From: a virus
Taxonomy: Duplodnaviria; Caudoviricetes
DNA: 26,679 nt
Direction: 5' to 3' (one strand)
IMG/VR virus record: IMGVR_UViG_3300028610_001401
Span: 1 to 26,679 of that record
A program made the position numbers and the translations under genes. Numbering within the stretch: the stretch's first letter is position 1; each line of letters opens with the position of its first letter. Shown piece by piece: positions 16,570-25,265 of the stretch. The notes under the pieces are model-generated. The model saw nothing but the letters and a program-made list of their open reading frames with translations. It did no database searches and was not told the DNA's origin.

Positions 16570-19024
16570 CTGTATCTTTATCAATCTGGGGCGGAGCATG
16601 CTCGGCTGTCCAATAGCGGACCGTCTTGTCGCTTTCTGTCGGAAGGCAGATAATCTCTTGTGATTCGCACAAATCACCCAGGAGATCGTTGCGATGTCGT
16701 CCGTTTGCCCACCGTGTACCGCGAGTAATGTCCCGCTTCAGGCAGCCGGTCTTTCCATACTTGTTGACGAAGTTCAGAAGCATACGCTTCTCGGCCTCTG
16801 TCCTGCCTGCAACGATTTCAGGCGCAACATATTTGCCAAAGTCCGTAATTATTTTCTGAACCAATCGGCTCGCACGATCTGCATTCGCTATGGTAATGAC
16901 CGGCGAATCATAATTATCAGAGCATGCCAGTATTAAGGCAATGCGACGTACATTTTCTTCGGCCTTCGCCCATAACTTAGAGAGCTTGGGCTCCTCTTTC
17001 GCTTTCAATTCTGCCATGTCGTCAAAGGCAATGAGCCGCTGCTCTGCATCAGCGTCAGTCGGAACCATAATCTGTTCCGGGGGAGCTTCCTTGAAGTTCC
17101 CTGCACTCTCAACTACAAATTGACTGACTGTCTTGCCGTCTGTCGGCGTGATGTTTTTTCGTTTGGCCCAAGCATGAATCAGCTCGACCACTTTCGGCGG
17201 CGGGGGAGTCGAAACGCTGAGGCCACGCCTTTTGCGAGGCTCACTCAATTCATAAAAAACCAGACATCTAGACAGCCACCCGTCATCAAGCTCTGACGGA
17301 GACAAGCCTTCGGCAAACTTATCTGGTGAGGAAACGCCATAGATGCAGCAGCATGGCTGTACAATAGTTCGTTGATTTCCAGCATCGGCATACTCGCGTC
17401 CAAGAAAAACATCACTTGCTGCCGAATAGAGCTGCATAAGCAGACTGATGATCTGTCCTTGGTGCTGAGAGATTCCGCTCTTTATATGCGTGAGGAGGTG
17501 CCCGATCTCATCAAGCAGAAAAAGCGTTGCTGGCTCGCGAGACATGCGGCTCTCGATAGCTGCATCCGAGGCAAGGTTAGACCCACCAAGCAGGTTGACA
17601 CAATTTGCCGCCATGCACAGTTCCCTGATCTTTTTCATCGCATGATTTTTGCCGGCAGACGACTGGGCAACACTCATACAGTACAGGTTGGTCCGCGACC
17701 CGTAAACATCTTTTACCTTTCTGCCGAACAACACGCCCAGGAATGCCAGCACGCAACCAAGAGTAAGGTATGGCTGTGGCTTGAGGGCAGTCGCATTGAT
17801 CCAGGAACAAATTTCTCCAAGCAGGCCGGTGGGTTGGGTGAGGAATTTGAAATCGCTAGCCTGCATCTTATGTATCAACTCGCCTGTTGTGGGCTGGTTA
17901 TCACGGATGAGTGTATAGTTCACCCAGTTTTCCTGGGTCGGCTGAGGCTGGTCATTCGTAGTCATCTCGACGAATGGATTCAGCGTCTCGCTCGGCGTGG
18001 ACGTGTATATGACCTGCGACTCTTTGGCCCCTCGCTTGAACTCACCGAGCATCTTGTCGCCAATCTCATGCGACACGGAAAACTCGTCTGGACATGGCTG
18101 CGGTGGGTTGTTTCCACGAATAAGTTGCCGAATGTCTTCCCGAGAAACAGTGATCGGAACCGGTTCATAACCATCCTCATGCAAAAGCCAGCCACGGGGC
18201 TTATCGGGCGGGTTCTGAATGGACTGCGTGACCTTGCGGCGGAAGTCCTTCTCATCCTTTCGTGTGCTGAGGTCCCAGGGTGGGACGCATCGCGGGTTGT
18301 ACTCGCGAGCAAGGATGTCGTAGGCTCGATCGGCCGAGAGTTCATAGCCCCAGGTCATGCAGCCACAGGCCCAAAAGAGCTTGTCGTGTCCAGCCTGCCC
18401 CTGGACAGCTGGGTCGCATTGAGCTAGGTAAAGGCTGGCTCGCTTTGCATTGTCACAGGTCCATCCCGGCAAGCCCGGTTGCGTTGGCACAGGTGGCCGT
18501 GCCGGCTCTGGTACGGGCTGCACAGGCGGCCGAAGGAATTCCGGATATTCGGCCGGCCGCATATTCCATGGCTCTCGGCCCGGCGACCATGCATATCTTG
18601 CCCCGTCAGTACGTCTCGACGGAGCAAGCAGCACATAGCCGCCGTTGCCGCGAATGTCCACGCCAGGAAGGAAATTGACTTTATTTCCAATCGGTTCGTC
18701 TGACCGATAAAACTCGTGGCATCCACCTCTTGGTGTGTATTGAACTACCGTTGGCTCCAAACATTCTGTTATAGAGCCGTATCCATTTATGCCTTTTTCT
18801 TTGTCCATATCTATATCAACCACATAGACGCCGCTAATTTGCCCGCAGGCTACAGCCACGTTTGCATCTGGCCATTTTGTCCACCACCCGCGAATCCGCT
18901 TAGTGTCGATGGTTGCGTCTTTGACACCGTGCGTTGTAAGTGGAACCTTCTGGCCTGGCTTGATCGGAAAGACATGCCAGCCGGCTGCGGCGTACCGCAG
19001 TGCAGCTTCGAGAAGTTGGTTCAA
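16562..19024 (-). CDS. Bifunctional primase-polymerase (Prim-Pol) + PriCT-like + DUF3987-type P-loop domain fusion
   Basis: ALRYAAAGWHVFP...HGVKDAT...WW..WPDANVAV...VVDID...TPRGGCH...DIRGNGGYV (AEP Prim-Pol). YL...PAV.G..GH...YNPRCVPPW helical domain. C-terminal AQSSAGKN and LFLLDE. Likely TTG start at 19024 (TTGA overlap); the track start is 19051. Confidence 0.88.
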   Translation of the reverse strand: MNQLLEAALRYAAAGWHVFPIKPGQKVPLTTHGVKDATIDTKRIRGWWTKWPDANVAVACGQISGVYVVDIDMDKEKGINGYGSITECLEPTVVQYTPRGGCHEFYRSDEPIGNKVNFLPGVDIRGNGGYVLLAPSRRTDGARYAWSPGREPWNMRPAEYPEFLRPPVQPVPEPARPPVPTQPGLPGWTCDNAKRASLYLAQCDPAVQGQAGHDKLFWACGCMTWGYELSADRAYDILAREYNPRCVPPWDLSTRKDEKDFRRKVTQSIQNPPDKPRGWLLHEDGYEPVPITVSREDIRQLIRGNNPPQPCPDEFSVSHEIGDKMLGEFKRGAKESQVIYTSTPSETLNPFVEMTTNDQPQPTQENWVNYTLIRDNQPTTGELIHKMQASDFKFLTQPTGLLGEICSWINATALKPQPYLTLGCVLAFLGVLFGRKVKDVYGSRTNLYCMSVAQSSAGKNHAMKKIRELCMAANCVNLLGGSNLASDAAIESRMSREPATLFLLDEIGHLLTHIKSGISQHQGQIISLLMQLYSAASDVFLGREYADAGNQRTIVQPCCCIYGVSSPDKFAEGLSPSELDDGWLSRCLVFYELSEPRKRRGLSVSTPPPPKVVELIHAWAKRKNITPTDGKTVSQFVVESAGNFKEAPPEQIMVPTDADAEQRLIAFDDMAELKAKEEPKLSKLWAKAEENVRRIALILACSDNYDSPVITIANADRASRLVQKIITDFGKYVAPEIVAGRTEAEKRMLLNFVNKYGKTGCLKRDITRGTRWANGRHRNDLLGDLCESQEIICLPTESDKTVRYWTAEHAPPQIDKDTDE

Positions 19025-19263
19025 TGTTGTACCTCTGCCATGTGAAACCATCCCTCTCTGCCATTGACATTTCCGTATTGGCGCCCTGTAGGGTACACCT
19101 TATATTTAACACGCTCAATGGGGCTTTGATGCGGAGGAATGTCTGACGCCGAATATAATTCGATCTTCGGGACTGCATGAATAGGAACATAAAATGACTT
19201 CGTACCGTCGGCAAACTCAAATGTTCTGTGGTGAGCTGCACCACCATGACAGTAGACAAGCAT
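19021..19263 (-). CDS. Hypothetical protein (80 aa)
   Basis: Coupled on both sides (TAATG and TTGA overlaps) between the helicase and the primase. Confidence 0.65.
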   Translation of the reverse strand: MLVYCHGGAAHHRTFEFADGTKSFYVPIHAVPKIELYSASDIPPHQSPIERVKYKVYPTGRQYGNVNGREGWFHMAEVQH

Positions 19264-20879
19264 TATGACTCTCCAAGTGGTGCATTGTAGCCAACAATCT
19301 CGAAATACCGGCCGTTTTTCTTGACAGTAACTGTCTTTGTCCAGTCAAGGAGCTCCTGTGTCAGGAATAGATTTTCCAGAGCTTCCCCAACTGTTGGCGG
19401 ACCCTTCTTACTGACAAATCGTTCCCGCCACCATCTAGCGGCCCTGTGACCAGCGAACCCATCATGGTCAAGGCAAATCCATTCACGAAACATACTTTTG
19501 TCACAACGATATTGAATCTTCAATGAATCCGGCGAATCTTTTTTGACATGCCTTGTTGCAAAGACTGCATGCACTTGATGGACTTCTGGCTCATGCGAGA
19601 GGATAGATTTCTTGGACGCCTTGTCAGAGTGCATCCGGCGATTCTTTTCCTCTGCCTCCAGCCGCTCGACTTCAAGTTTCGGTATCTCCCAACCACACTG
19701 CGGACACCTCCGAATTGCACGACTGAACGACTCACGACACTCCGTGCATGTTGCCAGAACCACCGCTTGGCCATCAGCAAGACAATCAATTGGTCCGTGC
19801 TCGTCAATACATCCGGCGAAGTCCAGGACGAGACAATCATTTTTCTGCGAGTGGATACGGAGTCCACGCCCGACCATTTGTGAGAATAAGCCAGGCGAGA
19901 GGGTTGGACGCAGGAGCACGATGCAATCGATGTGTGGAGCGTCGAAGCCTTCCGTGAGGACATTAACGCAGCATACTGCCCGAATCCTTTGAGCCTTAAA
20001 ATCCTGAATGAGCCTGTCGCGTACTTCATGCTTTGTTTTTCCAGTTATGACCGGTGCATAGACACCATGCTTCCGTAATTCTTCAGAAACTCGACTACAA
20101 TGCTCAATATCGACACAAAAGAAGACGGCACTCCGTCGCCTCTCAACAACCATGATGCGGCAGGTTTCGGCGACAGCGTTGGCGACTATGTCTGAACGGT
20201 TTGTCACGTCAGCCAAAGACTTTACGATATAGTCGCCGCCGCTGTTTCGCCGAACTCCCTGAAGGTCTGGCTGACATCGCCCAACCTTTGAACGCAATCT
20301 ACACAAAAACCCCTTGTCGATCAGGTCAGTTATTCCCGCCTCATAGCACACCTCCTGTAGTATATGGTCTTTGTGGCAGATCGGGCCGCAGTTTATGCGG
20401 AACGGCGTGGCTGTCCAGCCAATAACCCGAAGCTTCTGATTGAACTTCTTGCAGCCAGCAAGAAAAGTCCGGTACTTCCCTTCGCCACTCGGCGGAATAC
20501 GATGCGCCTCATCCACAAAGGCGTAATCAAAAGCTTGGAATTCCCCAGCTTTCCTGAAGACCGAGTCAATGGAGGCAAAAAGAATCGACGACTCATAATC
20601 ATACTGTCCAAGGCCGGCCGAAAATACGCCGATGTCACCGTTGGGGTAGGACCCGAGAAGCTTTTCTGCGTTTTGCTGCACGAGCTCCTTTCTATGGGCC
20701 AAAATAATACCACGGACCCATGGGGCTGGCACCTTCCATTTCTGGATCATCCCAGCCATGATGACGCTCTTGCCGCCGCCGGTCGGAATCACAACGCACG
20801 GATTCGTCTCTTTCGTGCAGATGTGAGCATGTACTGCTTCGATTGCTTCGTGCTGGTATTGGCGGTACTGGAAAGTCAT
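19263..20879 (-). CDS. SF2 DExH helicase, RadD/YejH-like, with Zn finger
   Basis: YQHEA Q-motif, PTGGGKS, VDEAH, TATP, LTEGFD, QMVGRGLR, and CTEC...CPQCG. Confidence 0.93.
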   Translation of the reverse strand: MTFQYRQYQHEAIEAVHAHICTKETNPCVVIPTGGGKSVIMAGMIQKWKVPAPWVRGIILAHRKELVQQNAEKLLGSYPNGDIGVFSAGLGQYDYESSILFASIDSVFRKAGEFQAFDYAFVDEAHRIPPSGEGKYRTFLAGCKKFNQKLRVIGWTATPFRINCGPICHKDHILQEVCYEAGITDLIDKGFLCRLRSKVGRCQPDLQGVRRNSGGDYIVKSLADVTNRSDIVANAVAETCRIMVVERRRSAVFFCVDIEHCSRVSEELRKHGVYAPVITGKTKHEVRDRLIQDFKAQRIRAVCCVNVLTEGFDAPHIDCIVLLRPTLSPGLFSQMVGRGLRIHSQKNDCLVLDFAGCIDEHGPIDCLADGQAVVLATCTECRESFSRAIRRCPQCGWEIPKLEVERLEAEEKNRRMHSDKASKKSILSHEPEVHQVHAVFATRHVKKDSPDSLKIQYRCDKSMFREWICLDHDGFAGHRAARWWRERFVSKKGPPTVGEALENLFLTQELLDWTKTVTVKKNGRYFEIVGYNAPLGES

Positions 20880-21166
20880 CGTGAATGCTTGGCCTTAGGG
20901 ACGACTAAGATGTCACTGTGTTTGTATGTCGGGAGCACAACCACCGGGATTCCTTTGAGAAACATCTGGCCAGTCGTGCTACCGGTGCGATGATAGCCCA
21001 GGAGGGCCGCATTCTTACGCAAGAGAGTCCTGAACTGCCTCCCCGTCTCTGACGACACAATAAAGTGCTGGATCTGACAGTAACTAACCCCGAGTGCGTA
21101 AGCATGATTCAGGGCCTGCACGGCCATTTTGCGAACGTTTTTGTTTGTCATTGCAAGTTGAGTCAT
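20876..21166 (-). CDS. Hypothetical protein (96 aa)
   Basis: Start reassigned to MTQLAM (ATG 21166). ATGA overlaps at both ends. Confidence 0.6.
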   Translation of the reverse strand: MTQLAMTNKNVRKMAVQALNHAYALGVSYCQIQHFIVSSETGRQFRTLLRKNAALLGYHRTGSTTGQMFLKGIPVVVLPTYKHSDILVVPKAKHSR

Positions 21167-21645
21167 GCATCCACCGACCCCTCGATCGCCTCGACTACCT
21201 GTTCTTCGGTGATCCTCATCACACAAGACCGTCGCCACTCCATGATCCGCTCAATGGACGCCTTTCCGCAGCCCTTCACGCCAACGAGTCGCACGGGGAT
21301 GATGTTATTGAAGCACATTGCACCAGAGTTAAAGACATGCATGCGATCACTTGGCGATAAGCTGAACAGGTCGTCCGCCGTGATCTCGTACAACATCGGG
21401 CCGAGGCGTTCTTCTTCCTGTTTCAGGATGGCTTTTTGTATGGCTGCAAGGGCCTTGACGATGTTGTGCTGCTTAACAGCCGCAGCACAACCATGCTTAT
21501 CAAGCCGTTTAAGGCTCGTCAAGTCCTGCGTTTCAAGCATTTGATTCAACTCGGCCAGTTCACCCATGATAGCTGCGTGTTCTGCTTCTCTACGAGATGA
21601 CCCGGCATAAAGATTATGTTTCGTCCTCTGTAACCACTTAAACAT
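21163..21645 (-). CDS. Coiled-coil + helix-hairpin-helix protein
   Basis: GGGAGG RBS. LVGVKGCGKASIERI matches the HhH GhG consensus. Confidence 0.7.
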   Translation of the reverse strand: MFKWLQRTKHNLYAGSSRREAEHAAIMGELAELNQMLETQDLTSLKRLDKHGCAAAVKQHNIVKALAAIQKAILKQEEERLGPMLYEITADDLFSLSPSDRMHVFNSGAMCFNNIIPVRLVGVKGCGKASIERIMEWRRSCVMRITEEQVVEAIEGSVDA

Positions 21646-21656
21646 CACAACCTCCC

Positions 21657-21821
21657 TTAACTCTCGTACCCGTTATACTTCCCGTAGCCCGGCTTACACT
21701 CCGGATCATTTTTCGCTCGCCGTCGCTCTCGCCTCGCCTTCGCCCGCTTAATCCACTGGTGATATACCCCGGGCCAGCCATCAGCCTTTTCGACTCCTGC
21801 TTTCTCGCGTTTCCAGCCCAA
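21657..21821 (-). CDS. Unannotated 54-aa basic protein
   Basis: TTG start after GAGGAGG. MGWKREKAGVEKADGWPGVYHQWIKRAKARRERRRAKNDPECKPGYGKYNGYES fills the gap exactly. Confidence 0.6.
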   Translation of the reverse strand: MGWKREKAGVEKADGWPGVYHQWIKRAKARRERRRAKNDPECKPGYGKYNGYES

Positions 21822-22016
21822 TTACAGAATCCTCCTCATGCGAGGCCTGGGGTCTGTGTCTTTATCGCACGCGGTGTCAATGACCCATATCTCAAACATC
21901 CATGCTCCATACAGCCAATAGAGGTGCAGCCCAAGGAGTCGCATGATTGGATTCAACAAGAAACAGGTGATGCGGATAGGCCAATAACCCCAATATTTTC
22001 CAGCGTTCTTCTTCAT
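21822..22016 (-). CDS. Hypothetical hydrophobic/aromatic protein (64 aa)
   Basis: ATGA overlap with the nuclease stop. Trp/Tyr/Leu-rich. Confidence 0.5.
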   Translation of the reverse strand: MKKNAGKYWGYWPIRITCFLLNPIMRLLGLHLYWLYGAWMFEIWVIDTACDKDTDPRPRMRRIL

Positions 22017-23326
22017 ACTGCATTTTCCCTGATCTCGCATTTCTGCGACCCCGGCAGGTGATGGAATATCGCACGGCCTCCGGGGAGCTCGGCCGCACAG
22101 TAGTCAGTATCCCTACATGTCCCAAGGGCTTTCGTAAGGTCTATGTCCTCACTGTACCGTTTTTTCCATGCAGATGCCAGCTCATGGGCGGCCCCCCGCC
22201 AAACAATACCACCATCTGGGTAGCGACCGATGATGTCGTCTGGACTGTACTCGGTGACCTCAGCACCAAAGAGTCTCTTTGCTTCAGTAACGAACGGAGC
22301 AGAGAGACCTGAAAGGGGTAGAGTTCTAAGCTCATTAGTTGAGTATCCTCCTTTCTCGCGACCGTGCCGAAACAGCTCGCCGCCTTCCTTGACAAAGTCA
22401 ATCCACATACTCCCCGCGTCATTTCTTCCGTGGTCGCTAGGCTCGCATCCAAATAGCAGGCCGGGTAGTATGAGGTGATGTGAACACGCCTTGTCTTGGT
22501 CAGCCTCACACAAGCCACGACACTGCATTGTACACCTCCACGTAGCGTTGCCGTCCATGGTGGGCGTGGCATAGCAGCATTGTCGACAACTGACCGACGG
22601 GATCGGCAAGGCTGACTCTGCGGTTCCGTGGCAGAGTGACTGGGCGGAGCACCACTTGCACTCATACCAGTCGGGCCGCTCGCTCAGTCTAGGCGGTGGC
22701 GTATTTGATGTAATGATTCGTCGGGCTCGTTCCATGAGGTCCTCCGAGAATTCCTTGTCGTAGCGGATTCGTTCAGCATAGAGCTCATCTGTGTCCTTAT
22801 TGACTGCGAGGTAGAGGGCCCGCTTCATGCCTGTTTTGTGCGTGTAGGTTTGCATTTGGGCATAGTGAACCGGTTTTGACTTCCTGACTCCGTACTTTTT
22901 GAGCTTCATGAACGATTTAGCACTGTGCGTCTTATATTCTCCGACATGCCAAGTCTTTTCTGCCCCAGGAACACCAAGAATTGCGCTGTCCATGTGGCCG
23001 GAGAAGTGACCGCCGTGATCGTAGACAGCAAACTGCTCGCCGTTACTGTCAACCTCATGGACGGTACATCCAATCGCTCGCAGTTCCGCAGTAAACCGAG
23101 GCTCTGCGAGGTCCCCCGTCTCAAACAGACGGTAGACGCGACCGGAGACGTCTTCCTCGCAGCAATTCCTGAATTCATACCAGAGATACCTTTCGCAGGG
23201 GTGGCCGATCTCACTTGCCCCGCAATAGCCACGGCTTGGTTCGGCGTCACCTTGCTGCTTGTGCCATGCGTAGATAGCCGTCACAACCGGGCTGTCCTGG
23301 GGGAGGTATTTGGCTACGTCTGTCAT
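22013..23326 (-). CDS. Cas4-like PD-(D/E)XK exonuclease with C-terminal Cys-rich extension
   Basis: GASEIGHPC.R.LW, GHMD, EYKT, HYAQMQ.Y, CKWC.....C (1+3 Fe-S Cys pattern), plus an extra CRQCC...C...C...CSHH. Confidence 0.88.
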   Translation of the reverse strand: MTDVAKYLPQDSPVVTAIYAWHKQQGDAEPSRGYCGASEIGHPCERYLWYEFRNCCEEDVSGRVYRLFETGDLAEPRFTAELRAIGCTVHEVDSNGEQFAVYDHGGHFSGHMDSAILGVPGAEKTWHVGEYKTHSAKSFMKLKKYGVRKSKPVHYAQMQTYTHKTGMKRALYLAVNKDTDELYAERIRYDKEFSEDLMERARRIITSNTPPPRLSERPDWYECKWCSAQSLCHGTAESALPIPSVSCRQCCYATPTMDGNATWRCTMQCRGLCEADQDKACSHHLILPGLLFGCEPSDHGRNDAGSMWIDFVKEGGELFRHGREKGGYSTNELRTLPLSGLSAPFVTEAKRLFGAEVTEYSPDDIIGRYPDGGIVWRGAAHELASAWKKRYSEDIDLTKALGTCRDTDYCAAELPGGRAIFHHLPGSQKCEIRENAV

Positions 23327-23358
23327 GTCTTTGCGTCTCCTGGAAAGCAGACTTCAGG

Positions 23359-23709
23359 TTATTCCGGTATGTGAATGACGACTATTTTTGTACCAAACGG
23401 CACTATAATCTCCGCTTTTTCGGCCACCTCGGCGGGTCGAGCAACAGAATTACAGGACTGTGCTCGCGTAAAGAGTATATGTTCCGGTGCCGCTACCTCA
23501 CAGAGCATCAAGTCGTTGGGTTGTGGTGGTTCGTAAACCGAGTCGTAATACAGGCAGGGATTATCAACTGGCAGAACCGCGTCAGCTAGCAAGACCCTGA
23601 AGCGGCGGCCCCTCAGGTTGTTTCCATTGGTGTGAACTAATTCCCCACTGCCGTCGTAAAACAGACTGTAAGAACCGTCATTAACTTCAACAATGTCTCC
23701 AACTTTCAT
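23359..23709 (-). CDS. Hypothetical protein (MKVGDIVEV start, KOW/SH3-like N-terminus)
   Basis: GGAG RBS before ATG 23709. Confidence 0.65.
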   Translation of the reverse strand: MKVGDIVEVNDGSYSLFYDGSGELVHTNGNNLRGRRFRVLLADAVLPVDNPCLYYDSVYEPPQPNDLMLCEVAAPEHILFTRAQSCNSVARPAEVAEKAEIIVPFGTKIVVIHIPE

Positions 23710-23751
23710 TTCGTTTCTCCGTGTTAAGTTAGTGTCATTACAACGAATCAC

Positions 23752-24174
23752 TCATGCTTTCGGAGCCTTCAGCACAACAGAAATTTTCTTCAGTGTGACG
23801 GTGACGTGCTTGGCAATTTGCTCGTACACGCTTGGAAACCGCGACGCAAATGCCTTGTAAGCGGGCTCATCGAGCTTCATGGTTGTCTTTGTGGCAACCG
23901 GAGGAGCGGTATCAAGTTGCTCCCTGCGGAATAACGCACAAATCGCTTCGCAGTCGGCAGCAAAATTGAATCCGCGGGTGACTGTGATTTTCGTTCCGTC
24001 TTCCAGATCGAAAGTTTTTTGCCCTTCTTCCGGGCCGCCTACCTTCGCTGCAACAAGCTCCTCGAATTTGATTCGTTGTTGCTTAGCAAGCTCTTCGGCC
24101 GCCTTGGCGGTTGCAAGGGAGGAGACAAGGTCCTCTAGAGATGGTTGGTGGACAAGGACGGTTGTTTGAGGCAT
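23752..24174 (-). CDS. Conserved phage recombination-region hypothetical protein
   Basis: AGGAG RBS before ATG 24174. The AKAAE...R..E.L...EG.KT...ITVT pattern resembles proteins I associate with AAA_24/DUF669/Cas4 modules. Confidence 0.7.
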   Translation of the reverse strand: MPQTTVLVHQPSLEDLVSSLATAKAAEELAKQQRIKFEELVAAKVGGPEEGQKTFDLEDGTKITVTRGFNFAADCEAICALFRREQLDTAPPVATKTTMKLDEPAYKAFASRFPSVYEQIAKHVTVTLKKISVVLKAPKA

Positions 24175-24213
24175 TGGAGCCACTCCTGTTGGTTATGAAA
24201 AAAAACAGAAAAA

Positions 24214-24295
24214 GACGACGTGCCGGAGTCGAACCGACTTATCACACGTACGTGCGGCTTCCAAAGCCCGCCGTCCGGTATCCTTACCAACTCGC
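24214..24295 (-). ncRNA. Degenerate tRNA-like element
   Basis: - strand: T-arm GTCGG-TTCGACT-CCGGC; acceptor-like GCGAGT/ACGTCGT with one bulge; GGTA-AGGA-TACC D-like hairpin; GGC-TTTGGAA-GCC anticodon-like loop. No CCA. A U-rich run follows. Confidence 0.45.
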
Positions 24296-24331
24296 AGTTG
24301 CACATCCCATGCGACGAACTGCTTGCTCATG

Positions 24332-25000
24332 TTATTGCTGAGGCTGCATCCAAGGAACCTGCTGGGTCGGAGGCTGCTGAGGCTGCTGCGGTGCTATGTG
24401 TGCAGCTTGCATTTGCTCCACCTGCTGCCCACCGCAAGGAGCCTGAGGTGGCTGAGCCGCGAGCTGCTGAGCGGGTTGCATGATTGGTGCAGCCCATGGC
24501 TGGCCCACAGGTTGAACTAAGGACTGCTGAGCCGGCGGTGGCTGCATGGTGGGGGCTTGCGTTGGAGGAACTGGGCAGGCACCAGACGCAAACATGAGTG
24601 GAGAATAGGTGCGAATTTTATTGTCGCCACCCTTGTCGACTGTGACGCTTGCAATACACGTTTTCTGTTGGAATTGAAGCGTGTCGGCAAATTTTTCGTC
24701 GCCGATTGTCGCCTTGCAGAGTGCAGACAGTGTCCTCAGTGCAATTTCGACAGCCTTCTGACTCGGATTGTCAATATTGAGACGGTCCCAAAGCTTTTGT
24801 CCCTTGCCGGGGCCGTCAACGATGACCATCTGCAATTCGATGTAGTGCCCGTTGTTGGCCTTCGTAGGCTTCACTTCGGACTTCTCGATTAGCACTGGAT
24901 ACTTGCCAGGCAGAAGGGCCTCGAAATCTGGAGTCGGCTCTACGCTATTCGGATCGAACGGTACTCCTCCAAAAAAACTGCTTACGTCGCCTTGACTCAT
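24332..25000 (-). CDS. DUF669 family protein (putative ssDNA-binding protein) with Gln/Pro-rich tail
   Basis: FDPNSVEP..DFE.L.PGKY...I..SE.K.TK...G.Y...I.DG..KG..LWD.LN..N.S..AV.IA...L..LC.A pattern. Located near the AAA_24 gene. Confidence 0.82.
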   Translation of the reverse strand: MSQGDVSSFFGGVPFDPNSVEPTPDFEALLPGKYPVLIEKSEVKPTKANNGHYIELQMVIVDGPGKGQKLWDRLNIDNPSQKAVEIALRTLSALCKATIGDEKFADTLQFQQKTCIASVTVDKGGDNKIRTYSPLMFASGACPVPPTQAPTMQPPPAQQSLVQPVGQPWAAPIMQPAQQLAAQPPQAPCGGQQVEQMQAAHIAPQQPQQPPTQQVPWMQPQQ

Positions 25001-25045
25001 GGTGCTTGTCTCTCTTAGGTTTGATGAATGGAAACTTACGACGAT

Positions 25046-25210
25046 CTACTCGTGCGGTGCCGCCCTCTTTGCAGCAGCGAGAAAAATGAAAATATCATTG
25101 GCGTGCCCAAAAAACTCGTTTTGCTTTTTTTTCGAGAGGGCCTTGAAAATTTCCCCGAAAGCGGTTTCCGTTGCTTCGGCCTCTTCTTTCGTGTAATCGC
25201 CCTGTGCCAT
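25046..25210 (-). CDS. Unannotated 54-aa helical protein
   Basis: GGAG 8 nt before ATG 25210. MAQGDYTKEEAEATETAFGEIFKALSKKKQNEFFGHANDIFIFLAAAKRAAPHE is more protein-like than the overlapping track ORF 25036..25269. Confidence 0.65.
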   Translation of the reverse strand: MAQGDYTKEEAEATETAFGEIFKALSKKKQNEFFGHANDIFIFLAAAKRAAPHE

Positions 25211-25265
25211 AATGCAATCTCCGGTGATAGTGATTGATAGAACTTATAACGACTCGACGTCCATG

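Noticed and set aside
17850-18130. Intein or intron in the primase linker
   Set aside because: No Cys/Ser start with His-Asn end and no LAGLIDADG motif. It reads as a low-complexity linker.
17372-18427. 351-aa + strand ORF
   Set aside because: Antisense shadow within the Prim-Pol fusion gene.
22013-23326. CRISPR-Cas locus suggested by the Cas4-like gene
   Set aside because: No repeat-spacer array or other cas genes are seen. The AAA_24/DUF669/helicase context is the usual phage recombination module.
24214-24295. Functional tRNA-Pro(UGG) or tRNA-Ser(GGA)
   Set aside because: Bulged acceptor and anticodon stems, an abnormal D-arm and spacing, and no CCA. Kept only as tRNA-like.
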